Shown here: piece after piece, positions 34,149 to 45,087 of the stretch
How the letters are laid out: each line of letters begins with the position of its first letter
Position numbering within the stretch: position 1 is the stretch's first letter
Source: Sphingomonadales bacterium
GTDB taxonomy: Bacteria; Pseudomonadota; Alphaproteobacteria; Sphingomonadales; Sphingomonadaceae
Direction: 5' to 3'
NCBI GenBank assembly: GCA_947470185.1
Contig: CANIRZ010000001.1
Coordinates: forward strand, 94,013-158,012
DNA length: 64,000 nucleotides
Position numbers and translations under genes: made by a program
Notes under the pieces: model-generated
Seen by the model: only the letters and a program-made list of their open reading frames with translations
What the model was told of the DNA's origin: nothing
Database searches by the model: none

Positions 34149-35291
34149 CTAAGCAAGTAATAGACGATCTTGTCGACGCGCATTCCAGACAATCTCAGCT
34201 ATGCGCCGGCTGGCGTACCCATCTCCAAACGGATTATGCGCCCGCGCCATGGCGGAATAAGCGGCATCATCGTCCAAAAGATTGAAAACTTCCGAGATAA
34301 TCCTCTGTTTATCCGTGCCAATTAGCTTTGCGGTGCCTGCGGTGATGCCCTCAGGGCGCTCGGTAGTGTCACGCAGTACCAGCACAGGCTTGCCAAGCGC
34401 TGGTGCCTCTTCTTGAACGCCGCCGCTGTCGGTAAGCATGATGTGACTAATCGACAAAAGATGGACGAAATTCGGATAATCGAGCGGCTCAATAAGCGCG
34501 ACATTTGGTAAATTTCCCAATGCAGCATCCATTATCGCACGGACATTCGGGTTCCTATGTACGGGGAATATACATGCCACATCGTCGCGTGCTGCTATGG
34601 CCGTGATAGCCGCAGCGATATTGCCCATGCTGTTTCCGAAATTCTCCCGGCGGTGCGTGGTAATGCCTATGATCTTGCGGCTACGAAAACGGGCCTCAAG
34701 CGGCGCGAGCCTGTTGGCCAAAGATGGGTTTTGCGCGATACGCTTCGTCACCCAATGCAGTGCGTCAATCACGGTATTGCCCGTCACAAAAACACGGTTC
34801 GCTGGAACCGCCTCCAAACGCAACGCTTCTGCTGAAACAGCAGTCGGCGCAAAATGCTGATCAGCGATAGTGCCAATGATTTTGCGGTTAACTTCCTCGG
34901 GCCACGGCCTGTAGATGTCGCGGCTGCGCAACCCAGCCTCGACATGGCTCACTGGAATCTTGCGATAATAAGCTGCAAGCGCGCCCACCATGGCTGTTGC
35001 CGTATCACCTTGAACGATGACGCGGTCTGGTTTGGCGGTATCAAGCACTGAACCAATTGCCTCCAGCAGCCGCGCGGTGAGCGCATCAAGCGACTGGCCG
35101 GGCTGCATCAGGTCAAGGTCATAATCCGGCATAATCCCGCTGATCGCCAGAACTTGATCTAGCATTTGTCGATGCTGGGCGCTCACCAGAACTTCAGTCT
35201 GCATGTCTGGATGGCGGGTCAAAGCATCAATAACGGGAAAAAGCTTAATCGCTTCGGGCCGCGTCCCGAAAATCACCATATTCTTGTGCAT
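34149..35291 (-). CDS. wecB: UDP-N-acetylglucosamine 2-epimerase (non-hydrolysing)
   Basis: FGTRPEAIK, VQGDT, HVEAGLRS, WPEE, HRREN, TDSGGVQEEAP, TERPE, NPFGDG. Confidence 0.95.
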   Translation of the reverse strand: MHKNMVIFGTRPEAIKLFPVIDALTRHPDMQTEVLVSAQHRQMLDQVLAISGIMPDYDLDLMQPGQSLDALTARLLEAIGSVLDTAKPDRVIVQGDTATAMVGALAAYYRKIPVSHVEAGLRSRDIYRPWPEEVNRKIIGTIADQHFAPTAVSAEALRLEAVPANRVFVTGNTVIDALHWVTKRIAQNPSLANRLAPLEARFRSRKIIGITTHRRENFGNSMGNIAAAITAIAARDDVACIFPVHRNPNVRAIMDAALGNLPNVALIEPLDYPNFVHLLSISHIMLTDSGGVQEEAPALGKPVLVLRDTTERPEGITAGTAKLIGTDKQRIISEVFNLLDDDAAYSAMARAHNPFGDGYASRRIAEIVWNARRQDRLLLA

Positions 35292-35411
35292 GTCTGGTCC
35301 CTGTGTCTTTTGCTCGAGGCAAAACCGCAGATAAGACTAACATTTTAAGAAGTGACGAAATGTTCTACGAAGTTATTGAAATACTTGGCTATGCTTCGCG
35401 TAAAGCAGGTA

Positions 35412-38400
35412 TCAAGCTGAAGGACTCTTTTGCGCTGACATCTCTTGCGCAAGTCTGCGTGACACTGCTTCGGGTGAGCCGGTAAATTTGGCGAGGCGCG
35501 CATAAATCAGCGGAATGAGCACAAGAGTAATGAGCGTCGCGAGCGTTACACCGAAGACAATAACTACGCCGATTGCGGACCGCGCCGCGCCGCCGGCACC
35601 GCTGGCAATTGCCAAAGGTATCGCGCCGAACACGGTAGCGATGGACGTCATTAAAATTGGGCGTAAGCGGCGCGCAGCGGCCTGCTGAATCGCGTCGAGA
35701 ATTTCCAGACCTTCGTCGCGCAATTGATTGGCAAATTCGACAATCAAAATCCCGTTTTTCGCGGCCAGCCCGACAAGCATCACAATACCTATCTGACTAT
35801 ATAGGTTCAGCGTCATCCCAGTGAGGGCAAGCCCAATGATGCCGCCACCGACAGCTAGGGGCACTGTGGTGATAATCGTGACCGGATGCACAAAGCTCTC
35901 AAACTGCGCTGCCAGCACCAGATAGACGAGAAGAATGGTCAGGAAGAAGACCACGATAATGGAACCACCCGTTTCCTTGAACGCCTGACTTTCACCGCGA
36001 TAGCCAACGGCCAAAACCTCGGGCGATGCCGCAGCTTGTTCTTCGAGAAATGCCAGCGCTTCACCCATGGAGTAGCCGGGTGCCAGACCGCCCGATAGGG
36101 TAATGGCGCGCAGTTTGTTGAAGCGGCCCAAATCGCGTGCGCCGGCTGTTTCAGTATATTTGATCACGTTGGCCAAAGAAACGAGCGCGCCATCGCGCGT
36201 TCGCAATTGAATGGCGGCAAGATTTTCCGCTGTGGCACGATCTTTCGCGTCCGCCTGTATGATGACGCGATACTCTTCACCACGGTCCACATAGTTTGAA
36301 ACCCTGCGCGACCCCAACAGCGATTGAAGCGCCTGACTGACATCAGCTACCGATACGCCTAGATCGCCAGCGCGCGCGGTATCGACCTGAATCTCCATCT
36401 GTGGCTTGGTTTCTTTATAATCGGAATCGAGGTTCACTATGCCGGGATTTTGACTTGCTGCTGCCAATATGCGGTTGCGTGCAACGGTTAGTGACTCATA
36501 AGTCGAACCCGCAATGACGAAATTCAGTGGCTGGCCCCGACCGCGCCCGATGGAGGACCGCGCCGCTCCGTTGCCGCGAACCGCAGGCAGCTCAGCAAGG
36601 ATCTTGTTGACCTGTGCGACCACATCGTCGGTCTTTTCGGTGCGCTCTTCCCAAGGCTTAAGGAAAATCGTGAACGAACCTGAATTGAAATCATCGCTTG
36701 CTGAATAGCCGCCAGGCGTCCGCTGGATCACGGAGCGAACGGTGCCCTTGTCGCGCAATTTGAGCAATGGTTCGGACGCTTGCAGCATATATTTGTCCAT
36801 GGCCTCATAACCAGTGCCTTCGGGCGCGGCGATATTAGCGCTCAGGATGCCGACGTCTTCAGCCGGCGCAAGTTCCGACTGAACCGTCGTAAACAGGAAT
36901 CCGGCGACCATTAAGAACATAAGCACGCCCAGCAGTGCCGCCAGCGGCTTTGCAATTACGCGCGCAAGCAGGTTGGAATAACGCTGCTCAATCCGCTGAA
37001 ACTTGTCATCTACCCATGATGCCAAGCGTCCGCGCTTCTCTTTCTTTAGTAATTTTGAGCACAGCATCGGAGCAAGGCTAAGTGCAACAAAACCGGAAAA
37101 GGCGACAGCAGCTATCATGGCGCCCGCCAGCTCGCGGAACAGCAAGCCTGTTTGTCCTGCAAGGAACATCACCGGCACAAACACCGCGCAAACAACGATG
37201 GTAGTCGAAATGACCGCAAAAGCGACTTGTCGCGTACCTGTTACCGCAGCAACCAAAGGCGGCTCGCCCTGTTCGATCCGGTGATAGACGTTTTCAAGCA
37301 CAACAATGGCGTCGTCGACCACCAGGCCGATGGCCAAAACGAGCGCCAGTAGCGTGAGTAAGTTGATGGAAAAGCCTAACATCCACAACACGGCAAAGGT
37401 CGCAAGAAGGCAGATCGGAACGGTAACCGCGGGAATGATAGTCGCGCGCCAACTGCCCAAAAACAGGAAAATGACCAGAACAACCAGTGCTGCTGCTTCA
37501 GCTAGAGTTATCCAGACGCCACTGATAGCCTTGCCGATGAACAGCGAATCGTCGGAGCCGATGGAAATCGTCATGCCGCGCGGGAGCGCAGGCTTAATCT
37601 GCTCTGCGAGCGCCTTGGCACTTTCCGCCACGGCCAAGGTGTTTGCCCCTGACTGGCGCACAATGCCTAAGCCTAAGGCTGACTCGCCGTTCAGTCGAAA
37701 TGCCGCATACGGGTTTTCCGGGCCTGTTTCGACCCGCGCAACGTCGGATAAACGGGTGAGCGACCCGTCAGCGCCCCGGGCGACCACCAACTGCCGAAAT
37801 TCGGCTTCGTTACCAAAGGGGCGGCTGACCCGAAGCGTGACGTTTTGGTCGGTAGATTCTAAACGCCCGGCGGGCAGTTCGACATTCTGGCTACGCAAGG
37901 CATTTTCAACATCGAGCGGCGTCAATCCTAACGCAGCCAGCCGGTCAGGCTGAAGCCAGATACGCATTGATGGCCGCGCTTCGCCGCCGACAAAAATGCG
38001 GGCGACACCGTTAATAGCCGAAAAGCGGTCGACGAGATTGCGGTCTACATAATCGCTTAATTCAAGACGCGACCAGCCCGGTTTGGATACAACGAGGAAC
38101 AGGATCGGCGATGCATCGGCGTCCACTTTGCGCACCTCGGGTGCCAAAACCTCTTCAGGCAAATCATCCGCCACGCCACCTACGCGGTCGCGCACATCAT
38201 TGGCTGCGCTATCGACGGGGCGACCGGGCGCAAACTCAATGGTGATTTCGGATTGACCATCGCGTGAACGCGACGTGATGGTTTGGATACCTTCAATTCC
38301 GGCAAGCGCGTTTTCGAGAACTTGAGTCACGCGGGTTTCAACAACGCTTGCGGCAGCGCCAGTGTAGGCCGTCCCAACAGATACGATTGGGGGTTCGGTG

Positions 38401-38516
38401 TCAGGATATTCCCGCACTGGCAAATTCAAAAAGCCAACGATCCCGACCAGCACCATAAGTATGGCGATAACCCCGGCAAATACGGGTCTGCGGACGGAGA
38501 TGTCGGAAATGCTCAT
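35412..38516 (-). CDS. RND efflux permease (AcrB/HAE1 family)
   Basis: IGLVVDDAIVVLEN, GLAAKNGILIVEFA, RLRPILMT; 1034 aa. Confidence 0.95.
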   Translation of the reverse strand: MSISDISVRRPVFAGVIAILMVLVGIVGFLNLPVREYPDTEPPIVSVGTAYTGAAASVVETRVTQVLENALAGIEGIQTITSRSRDGQSEITIEFAPGRPVDSAANDVRDRVGGVADDLPEEVLAPEVRKVDADASPILFLVVSKPGWSRLELSDYVDRNLVDRFSAINGVARIFVGGEARPSMRIWLQPDRLAALGLTPLDVENALRSQNVELPAGRLESTDQNVTLRVSRPFGNEAEFRQLVVARGADGSLTRLSDVARVETGPENPYAAFRLNGESALGLGIVRQSGANTLAVAESAKALAEQIKPALPRGMTISIGSDDSLFIGKAISGVWITLAEAAALVVLVIFLFLGSWRATIIPAVTVPICLLATFAVLWMLGFSINLLTLLALVLAIGLVVDDAIVVLENVYHRIEQGEPPLVAAVTGTRQVAFAVISTTIVVCAVFVPVMFLAGQTGLLFRELAGAMIAAVAFSGFVALSLAPMLCSKLLKKEKRGRLASWVDDKFQRIEQRYSNLLARVIAKPLAALLGVLMFLMVAGFLFTTVQSELAPAEDVGILSANIAAPEGTGYEAMDKYMLQASEPLLKLRDKGTVRSVIQRTPGGYSASDDFNSGSFTIFLKPWEERTEKTDDVVAQVNKILAELPAVRGNGAARSSIGRGRGQPLNFVIAGSTYESLTVARNRILAAASQNPGIVNLDSDYKETKPQMEIQVDTARAGDLGVSVADVSQALQSLLGSRRVSNYVDRGEEYRVIIQADAKDRATAENLAAIQLRTRDGALVSLANVIKYTETAGARDLGRFNKLRAITLSGGLAPGYSMGEALAFLEEQAAASPEVLAVGYRGESQAFKETGGSIIVVFFLTILLVYLVLAAQFESFVHPVTIITTVPLAVGGGIIGLALTGMTLNLYSQIGIVMLVGLAAKNGILIVEFANQLRDEGLEILDAIQQAAARRLRPILMTSIATVFGAIPLAIASGAGGAARSAIGVVIVFGVTLATLITLVLIPLIYARLAKFTGSPEAVSRRLAQEMSAQKSPSA

Positions 38517-38528
38517 GTCAGATCTGCA

Positions 38529-39578
38529 TCAACGTGCTTTGTTCGATGTGTCGCTGCCTTTGGCTTTGCCCGTGCGAACAGTCGCGCCATCAGAAAGCTT
38601 CACGACGCCCTCGGTTACAATCCGGTCGCCAACATTTAGTCCTTTAATGACCTCGACAAGATTGCCATCGCGCGCACCTGTTGTAACGGGCATGCGTTTA
38701 ACCTTGAAATCCGGCCCCATGATGTAGACAAAACTGGTGTCGCCTTCCCGAACCAACGAAAGCTCGGGAACCGCTGGGGCGACGCGCGTTTTTGAGGTGA
38801 TCGTTACCGAAAGCAGCATGCCGGGTTTCAGCAAAGCATCCCGGTTGGGCAATATTGCACGTAACGTAGCTGTTCGGGTTTGCGGGTTAATTACCGGATC
38901 AATTGCCATAATCTTTCCGGATACGACATAGCCGGGATAGGCAGACGCCCTAGCAGTAATCTGCTGCCCAATCTGAACATTTGCAAGCATTGTCTCGGGA
39001 ACGGTGAAGTCCAACTTTATGGAGCTGAGATCACTTACGGCCGCGATTTCGTCACCCGCGCTAACGACAGCGCCAATGGATATGCGCCGCAGCGACACTT
39101 GGCCGGAAAATGGCGCACGGACGACGCGGTCGCCTATCGAGGCGCGCGCCTCATTTGCAACGGCCTTTGCTGCGCTGGCTGAAGCTGTTTGGGCGTCCAA
39201 ACTTGCGTTGGTCGCAAAGCCGCGACGGTGGAGTTCGGTGATACGCGCCAGCTGCTGCTCTGTCTCGCGAACCCGCGCTTGCGCGCTGGCGAGAGAGGCG
39301 GTTTCCTGACCTTGTGCGAGTACAGCAAGCATCTGCCCTTTTTGGACATAATCCCCATCGGAAAAGCCAAGCTGCGTTATCCGTTCGGTAACCGGTGCGC
39401 GCACGGATACTTGTTCGTTGGCGTTAGCTGTGCCGACAGCGACGTAATTATCCGAGAATTGATTTGAGACTGCTGGTCCGACTGTCACCAATGGCGCCGG
39501 ACGTTCGCGCTTTTCATCGCCGCTGCCACCACATGCTGCAACACAGAACATCAAAGAGAGAATGATAGGCTTGCGCAT
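38529..39578 (-). CDS. RND periplasmic adaptor (membrane fusion lipoprotein)
   Basis: Start MRKPII at 39578; lipobox VAAC; GDYVQKGQML, VRAPFSG, LKPGM, GLNVGDRIVTEG. Confidence 0.92.
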   Translation of the reverse strand: MRKPIILSLMFCVAACGGSGDEKRERPAPLVTVGPAVSNQFSDNYVAVGTANANEQVSVRAPVTERITQLGFSDGDYVQKGQMLAVLAQGQETASLASAQARVRETEQQLARITELHRRGFATNASLDAQTASASAAKAVANEARASIGDRVVRAPFSGQVSLRRISIGAVVSAGDEIAAVSDLSSIKLDFTVPETMLANVQIGQQITARASAYPGYVVSGKIMAIDPVINPQTRTATLRAILPNRDALLKPGMLLSVTITSKTRVAPAVPELSLVREGDTSFVYIMGPDFKVKRMPVTTGARDGNLVEVIKGLNVGDRIVTEGVVKLSDGATVRTGKAKGSDTSNKAR

Positions 39579-39743
39579 TTTTTCACCGAGTGGGGAGGGG
39601 ATGGAAATCAATTCTCTGTACCCGTTGGCGAAACTAACTGCAATCGGCCAGTATTTTTCGACGAATGTAGTTTTTGTTAACGATTCCGCTAGTGCCAGCG
39701 CGCAAACTGCACGGCGCGCTGGGATTTACCATCGGGTCTCGTA

Positions 39744-41294
39744 TCAATGCCGGATGATGTGATCGAAAGCCGACAGACCAGCCTTTGTCCCTTCGCCCAT
39801 GGCAACGATAATCTGTTTATATGGAACCGTCGTGACATCACCGGCGGCAAACACGCCGGACAGGTTCGTTGCATTATGTGCATCGACTTCAATTTCGCCG
39901 CGCGGCGACAAAGTGAGTGGACCCTTCAGCCATTCGGTGTTGGGCACCAAACCAATCTGAACGAATATGCCGTCCAGATCGATGCGGTGTGATGTGTCTG
40001 TGTTCCGGTCGGTATAGACTAAGGCCTGAACCTTTTCACCATCGCCAATCACTTCCGTGCTCAGCGCCGATGTTATGATATCGACGTTCGTTAGGCTGCG
40101 CAGCTTTTTCTGTAACACAGCGTCCGCGCGCAATTGGGAGTCAAATTCGATCAATGTGACGTGGGCGACGATCCCGGCAAGATCGATTGCGGCTTCAACG
40201 CCAGAGTTACCGCCGCCGATTACTGCCGTGCGCTTGCCCTTGTACAATGGGCCATCGCAATGTGGGCAATAGGCCACGCCCTTGTTGCGATATTCCTCTT
40301 CGCCGGGGACACCCATTTGCCGCCAGCGCGCGCCGGTCGAAAGGATTAGCGTGCGTGCCTTCAACGATGCACCACTTGCCAGCTTTATTTCGTGCAGCCC
40401 GTCGGCTCCGGCAGGGATGAGTTCAGCGGCAGTTTGAAGATTCATAATGTCGACATCATATTCGCGGACATGCTGCTCCAACTGCGCGGCGAGCTTTGGG
40501 CCTTCCGTATGCTGAATCGAAATGAAGTTTTCGATACCCATTGTGTCGAGCACTTGGCCACCAAAGCGTTCGGCCACCACGCCGGTGCGAATGCCCTTGC
40601 GCGCCGTATAAATAGCTGCGGCAGCGCCAGCAGGGCCACCGCCAACAATAAGAACCTCAAACGGCTTCTTCGCAGCAATCTTCTCAGCCGCCCGGGCAAC
40701 GGTCCCTGTGTCCAGCTTCGCCATGATTTGCGACAGGTCCATACGGCCTTGACCGAAAAGTTCACCATTTAGGTAGATCGCCGGCACAGCCATGACCTTG
40801 CGGGTCTCGACTTCCTCGCGGAACATCGCGCCGTCAATCGCCACATGACTTACGCTTGGGTTCAACGCGGCCATGATGTTGATTGCCTGAATAACATCAG
40901 GACAGTTTTGGCATGACAAAGAGAAAAAAGTTTCGAAGCGATAGTCGCCTTCCAGTGACTTCACAGACGCCAGTAACTCGGCCTCTTCCTTTGGCGGGTG
41001 TCCACCCATGTGAAGCAGTGCGAGCACGAGCGAGGTGAATTCGTGCCCCAATGGCAGGCCAGCAAAATGCGTTTCTGCTGTGCCATCTGCGCGGCGGATT
41101 GCAAAGGATGGCGTCCGGTCTGCGTGGCCGTCATAGCGCGCCGACAACAGGTCCGATTGCGCAGCCACAGTTTCCACCAGCGTCCGCATTTCCGCTGATT
41201 TTGGGCTGTCGTCCAAAGTCGCGACGAGCTCAACGGGCGTGCGCAGATTTGCCAAATAGTTTTTTAGCTGGGCAGTTGTAGCAGCATCAAGCAT
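39744..41294 (-). CDS. ahpF: Alkyl hydroperoxide reductase subunit F
   Basis: Start MLDAA at 41294; [46 protein letters not shown]. Confidence 0.97.
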   Translation of the reverse strand: MLDAATTAQLKNYLANLRTPVELVATLDDSPKSAEMRTLVETVAAQSDLLSARYDGHADRTPSFAIRRADGTAETHFAGLPLGHEFTSLVLALLHMGGHPPKEEAELLASVKSLEGDYRFETFFSLSCQNCPDVIQAINIMAALNPSVSHVAIDGAMFREEVETRKVMAVPAIYLNGELFGQGRMDLSQIMAKLDTGTVARAAEKIAAKKPFEVLIVGGGPAGAAAAIYTARKGIRTGVVAERFGGQVLDTMGIENFISIQHTEGPKLAAQLEQHVREYDVDIMNLQTAAELIPAGADGLHEIKLASGASLKARTLILSTGARWRQMGVPGEEEYRNKGVAYCPHCDGPLYKGKRTAVIGGGNSGVEAAIDLAGIVAHVTLIEFDSQLRADAVLQKKLRSLTNVDIITSALSTEVIGDGEKVQALVYTDRNTDTSHRIDLDGIFVQIGLVPNTEWLKGPLTLSPRGEIEVDAHNATNLSGVFAAGDVTTVPYKQIIVAMGEGTKAGLSAFDHIIRH

Positions 41295-41363
41295 GGGGAG
41301 AGCCTCTTTCAAGCATACAGGATCGCGCCGCGCGAAGACGCGTGCGGATTTCTTCGAACATCG

Positions 41364-41397
41364 AAAAAGTGGTTGCCGCGCCGAAAACGCGGCAACC
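41364..41397 (-). terminator. Intrinsic terminator-like hairpin between ahpC and ahpF
   Basis: Perfect 10-bp stem GGTTGCCGCG/CGCGGCAACC (41371-41397), followed on the minus strand by ACTTTTT. Confidence 0.7.
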
Positions 41398-41407
41398 CGT
41401 ATTTGGT

Positions 41408-41971
41408 TTAAATTTTGCCGACGAGGTCGATCGAAGGAGCAAGCGTCTCGCTGCCTTCTTCCCACTTCGCAGGGCAGACTTGGCCTGGATGCTCACGCAC
41501 GTAGATGGCAGCCTTGATCTTGCGGACAAGTTCAACCGCGTTACGGCCAACACCTTCACAGGTGATTTCCATGACCTGAATGACGCCGTCTGGATCGACA
41601 ACGAAAGTTGCACGGTCTGCAAGGCCTTGGCCTTCCCGCAATACGCCAAAGTTGTTGCTGATCACATGGTTTTGGTCGCCGAGCATATGGTAATTGATTT
41701 TGCCAATTGCTGGCGAGCTGTCATGCCATGCTTTATGGCTGAAATGCGTGTCGGTTGATACTGAATACACCTCAACGCCCATTGCTTGCAGGTCGGTATA
41801 CTGATCGGCAAGGTCTTCCAACTCGGTTGGGCAGACAAAGGTAAAGTCGGCAGGATAGAAGAAGAATATGCCCCATTTGCCTTTTACGTCGGTGTCCGAC
41901 ACTTCGACAAACTTGCCTGCTTTGTAAGACTGCGCGGTGAACGGCTTAATGCTTGTACCAATGATGCCCAT
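41408..41971 (-). CDS. ahpC: Alkyl hydroperoxide reductase subunit C (2-Cys peroxiredoxin)
   Basis: [38 protein letters not shown]. Confidence 0.98.
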   Translation of the reverse strand: MGIIGTSIKPFTAQSYKAGKFVEVSDTDVKGKWGIFFFYPADFTFVCPTELEDLADQYTDLQAMGVEVYSVSTDTHFSHKAWHDSSPAIGKINYHMLGDQNHVISNNFGVLREGQGLADRATFVVDPDGVIQVMEITCEGVGRNAVELVRKIKAAIYVREHPGQVCPAKWEEGSETLAPSIDLVGKI

Positions 41972-42046
41972 TTGAATGATCCTTAAAGTGTAGAGAAGTT
42001 GATTTGACTGTCATGTCTCAACACGATTTTCATGACTTAGTCCAGC

Positions 42047-42081
42047 AACCGTTTTTACAATGACTAATCGTTTTTGTCGAT
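42047..42081 (-). promoter_or_regulatory. Possible OxyR/LysR-type site upstream of ahpC
   Basis: ATCG-N7-CGAT dyad at 42067-42081 plus a degenerate second unit ending in CAAT at 42058-42061; resembles the ATAG-N7-CTAT OxyR unit. Confidence 0.45.
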
Positions 42082-42124
42082 AAGAGGGTTTCTTTTGAAC
42101 TGCGGGTGTTGTCACTTAACTACC

Positions 42125-43447
42125 TTATATATATCGCTTTAGCATGCCATTGACGTCGACTCGGGCCTTTAGACGGCTGGCCAATAAGAATATGCCGCCA
42201 AGCTTACGCTGCACGAATAAGGTGTCCGAAGGCGGAATATGCCAGTTGCGCCGATCGGCAGCGATGGCCATTCCTTCGTCGCGTATGTCCGTGACAAAAT
42301 CGGTTCGGCTAAAATCAAACGCGCCTGGTAATTGAATCATCGCAATCGCAGTCCCGATGAGCTTGTCGATCTCATATTTGTTTTGCTGGGCTGTCTGCCC
42401 ATTCATGAACCCGATATCGAGCACTGCTGCCAGCACGCCTTGCTGGTCACCTGCCAAGCCCTTGTTCAACAAGGTTCGATATTGGGTAACAACGGTCTCT
42501 GGCAATGCGCGCGTTGCTCCGAAATCCAGCAGCACAACTTGGCGTGACTTCTCATCATAGCGATAGTTCGCGAAATTGGGGTCCGTCTGCATCAGTCGGA
42601 ACTCAAACAATTCACGCAACACCAGTTCAATCAGAAGCGTCATGATCCGGTCCCGCTCCGCCTGAGGTGCGGTGATCATCGATTCGATCGGCACACTTTC
42701 AATGAAGGACATTGCCAGTACATTCTTACCACTCAGAGGCGCATGGAAAGCAGGTACGGCATATCCAGCATCATCCGCCAATAAGTCGCCAAACCGCTGC
42801 AGATAATCGCCCTCGCACGCATAATCGGCTTCTTCATGGAGTTGCCGCTTCGCCTCCGTCAGCAAGGTTGTGATGTCTAGGGTTTTTGGCAGCACAGTTG
42901 AAAGCCGCAATAATGTGGCAACATTGTCGACATCGCTATCAATGCTGCGGCGGACACCTGGATATTGAACTTTGATTGCGACGTCCTGATTATCGCGCGT
43001 CAGGGCGCGGTGTACTTGACCAATCGAGGCAGCTGCAATCGGCTTATCATCAAAGCGGATGAATTGGCTGCGCCAGTCCTTACCCCAATGCCGCGTCAGT
43101 ACCATGCTTAGCTGCCCCGGGGGCATATGTTGGGCATCGGCACGAAGCCTTGCAAAAATGTCGGTCAATTCAGGCGGCAGAAACTCGCCTGTGTCCATCG
43201 ACACGAGCTGCCCAAGCTTCATAGCCGCGCCCCGCATTTGGCCCAATTGCAGAGTTACACGCAAAGCATTCGCGGGTGTCATTAACAGTTCGCTGACGCT
43301 TGGCTTGCGGCCACTGACGAGTTGCTTGGCGCCATCCAGCAACATGCTACTAGCGATACCAGTCGCCATGTTGCCAAAACGCGCAATGCGGGAAAGCCGT
43401 CCGCTCGGGACACGCAGTCCCTTGGGCGCAAACTGATTAGAGGACAT
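42125..43447 (-). CDS. AarF/ABC1/UbiB atypical kinase family protein
   Basis: MRGAAMKLGQ (KxGQ), AAASIGQVHRA, VAIKVQYPG, QTDPNFANY, LLDFGA. Confidence 0.92.
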   Translation of the reverse strand: MSSNQFAPKGLRVPSGRLSRIARFGNMATGIASSMLLDGAKQLVSGRKPSVSELLMTPANALRVTLQLGQMRGAAMKLGQLVSMDTGEFLPPELTDIFARLRADAQHMPPGQLSMVLTRHWGKDWRSQFIRFDDKPIAAASIGQVHRALTRDNQDVAIKVQYPGVRRSIDSDVDNVATLLRLSTVLPKTLDITTLLTEAKRQLHEEADYACEGDYLQRFGDLLADDAGYAVPAFHAPLSGKNVLAMSFIESVPIESMITAPQAERDRIMTLLIELVLRELFEFRLMQTDPNFANYRYDEKSRQVVLLDFGATRALPETVVTQYRTLLNKGLAGDQQGVLAAVLDIGFMNGQTAQQNKYEIDKLIGTAIAMIQLPGAFDFSRTDFVTDIRDEGMAIAADRRNWHIPPSDTLFVQRKLGGIFLLASRLKARVDVNGMLKRYI

Positions 43448-43641
43448 GAGATTGGTTGCTCTAGAGAGGTGTACGGAACCTAGATGAGGTGTCGAACGTA
43501 TTTCGGCAAGTGAATGCGGCTGAACAATTTACCAGCACGGTCTATTTAATTTCAGTTTGGGATGGAAAAGTGACTTGTGGGCGCGAAGCATCCGGTGCAC
43601 CTAGGCTTAGTCGGGATGATGCAAGCCAAGGAGGAATTGGC

Positions 43642-45087
43642 ATGACAAAGCAATCGTTGAAAAGCATCGTACTCGTTCTGGCAGCAGGCGTATCGGCATG
43701 CGGCGGTGGAAGTGGTTCCGGAGGAGGAACGGTTGTCGTGCCACCAACAAGTTCAACGCCGCCGCCTTCACCGCCATCATCGACCAGTTGCAGCTTGGTC
43801 AATCGGCAGAATTTTGCTGCGTCCGTTCTGAATGAATGGTATCTTTTTCCTGAAACTCTGCCGTCGGCTTTAAGCCCCGCAGCCTACACTTCGGTACAGG
43901 CCTATATCGACGCGTTGACCGCTACAGCTCGCGGGCAGGGTCGCGACCGGTACTTCACCTATGTCACTTCAATTCAGGAAGAAAACGCCTATTACGCTTC
44001 GGGTACCACGGCAGGCTTAGGCGTGCGATTGTCCTATCAAGGCAGCCGTATTTTCGTAATTGAGGCGTTTGAAGGGGCGCCTGCGCTTGCAGCAGGTATC
44101 GACCGTGGAACAGAAATTCTGGCGATAGGAACGAATACGTCAAACCTAGTTCCTGTGGCTGACATATTGGCCACACAAGGCTCCGCGGGCATCTCAAGCG
44201 CCTTGGGTCCAAACACGGCTGGCACAAGCCGAGTTTTGCGTATCAGTGACGCATCGGGTGCACGCAACGTCACCGTTGCCAAGGCAGATTATAACATCGA
44301 CCCGCTATCATCGCGTTATGGGGTGAAAGTGATTGATAATGGCGGCGGACAGCGTGTTGGGTATATCAATATGCGTACATTCATTTCGACCGCTGACAAT
44401 CAGTTGCGCACGGCTTTTGCGGATTTCCGCGCGCAGGGGATCACGAACTTTGTCATCGACTTCCGCTATAATGGTGGTGGATTGGTCTCTACGGCTGAGG
44501 TCATGGGAGACTTGCTTGCTGGCAACCGCTTTAGCAGCGATGTTTTCTCTGTGACCCGCTACCGCGCCTCAAAGGCGTCAAACAATCAAACCAAGAGATT
44601 TGCACCACAAACACAATCGGTCTCGCCGGTCAAAATTGCGTTCATCGCCACCGACGCCACCGCGTCTGCCAGCGAGTTGGTGATGGCCAGCTTTGTTCCG
44701 TATCTTGGGGTCAATGCGGCGCTGATCGGCAGTAACAGCTACGGTAAGCCCGTTGGTCAGGTTGCCATAGATCAGACCGCTTGCGATGATCGCATTCGCG
44801 TAATTGCTTTTGCCAAAGAAAACGCGGCGGGGCAGGGCGACTATTATTCTGGGCTCGCCGGCACGATGCGGACCACCTGCGCGGCAGCAGACGACATCAC
44901 ACGGCCGCTGGGCGACCCGCAGGAAGCATCGCTGCGCACTGCGTTGGACTTCATTGCCGGTCGCAGCTGTACGGCCATTGTTGTCGGCCAGAGCGCGCAA
45001 AGCACCTCCACGCGCACCGACCGACGCGTCCTGCCCGTGCCCGAAAATGCCAACACAGCGCAGCGTGAAGTGCCTGGCTCATTTTAG
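43642..45087 (+). CDS. S41 family peptidase lipoprotein with PDZ domain
   Basis: AGGAGG RBS, lipobox GVSAC, DFRYNGGG, TASASE (catalytic Ser), SYGKPVG (Lys). Confidence 0.9.
   Translation: MTKQSLKSIVLVLAAGVSACGGGSGSGGGTVVVPPTSSTPPPSPPSSTSCSLVNRQNFAASVLNEWYLFPETLPSALSPAAYTSVQAYIDALTATARGQGRDRYFTYVTSIQEENAYYASGTTAGLGVRLSYQGSRIFVIEAFEGAPALAAGIDRGTEILAIGTNTSNLVPVADILATQGSAGISSALGPNTAGTSRVLRISDASGARNVTVAKADYNIDPLSSRYGVKVIDNGGGQRVGYINMRTFISTADNQLRTAFADFRAQGITNFVIDFRYNGGGLVSTAEVMGDLLAGNRFSSDVFSVTRYRASKASNNQTKRFAPQTQSVSPVKIAFIATDATASASELVMASFVPYLGVNAALIGSNSYGKPVGQVAIDQTACDDRIRVIAFAKENAAGQGDYYSGLAGTMRTTCAAADDITRPLGDPQEASLRTALDFIAGRSCTAIVVGQSAQSTSTRTDRRVLPVPENANTAQREVPGSF

Noticed and set aside
41294-41465. 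N-terminal extensions in the ORF track for ahpF (also mraY, murB, murE, rsmH, S41 protease, mcd and the hydratase)
   Set aside because: Longest-ORF artefacts; RBS positions, stop/start overlaps and family N-termini support the shorter starts given.
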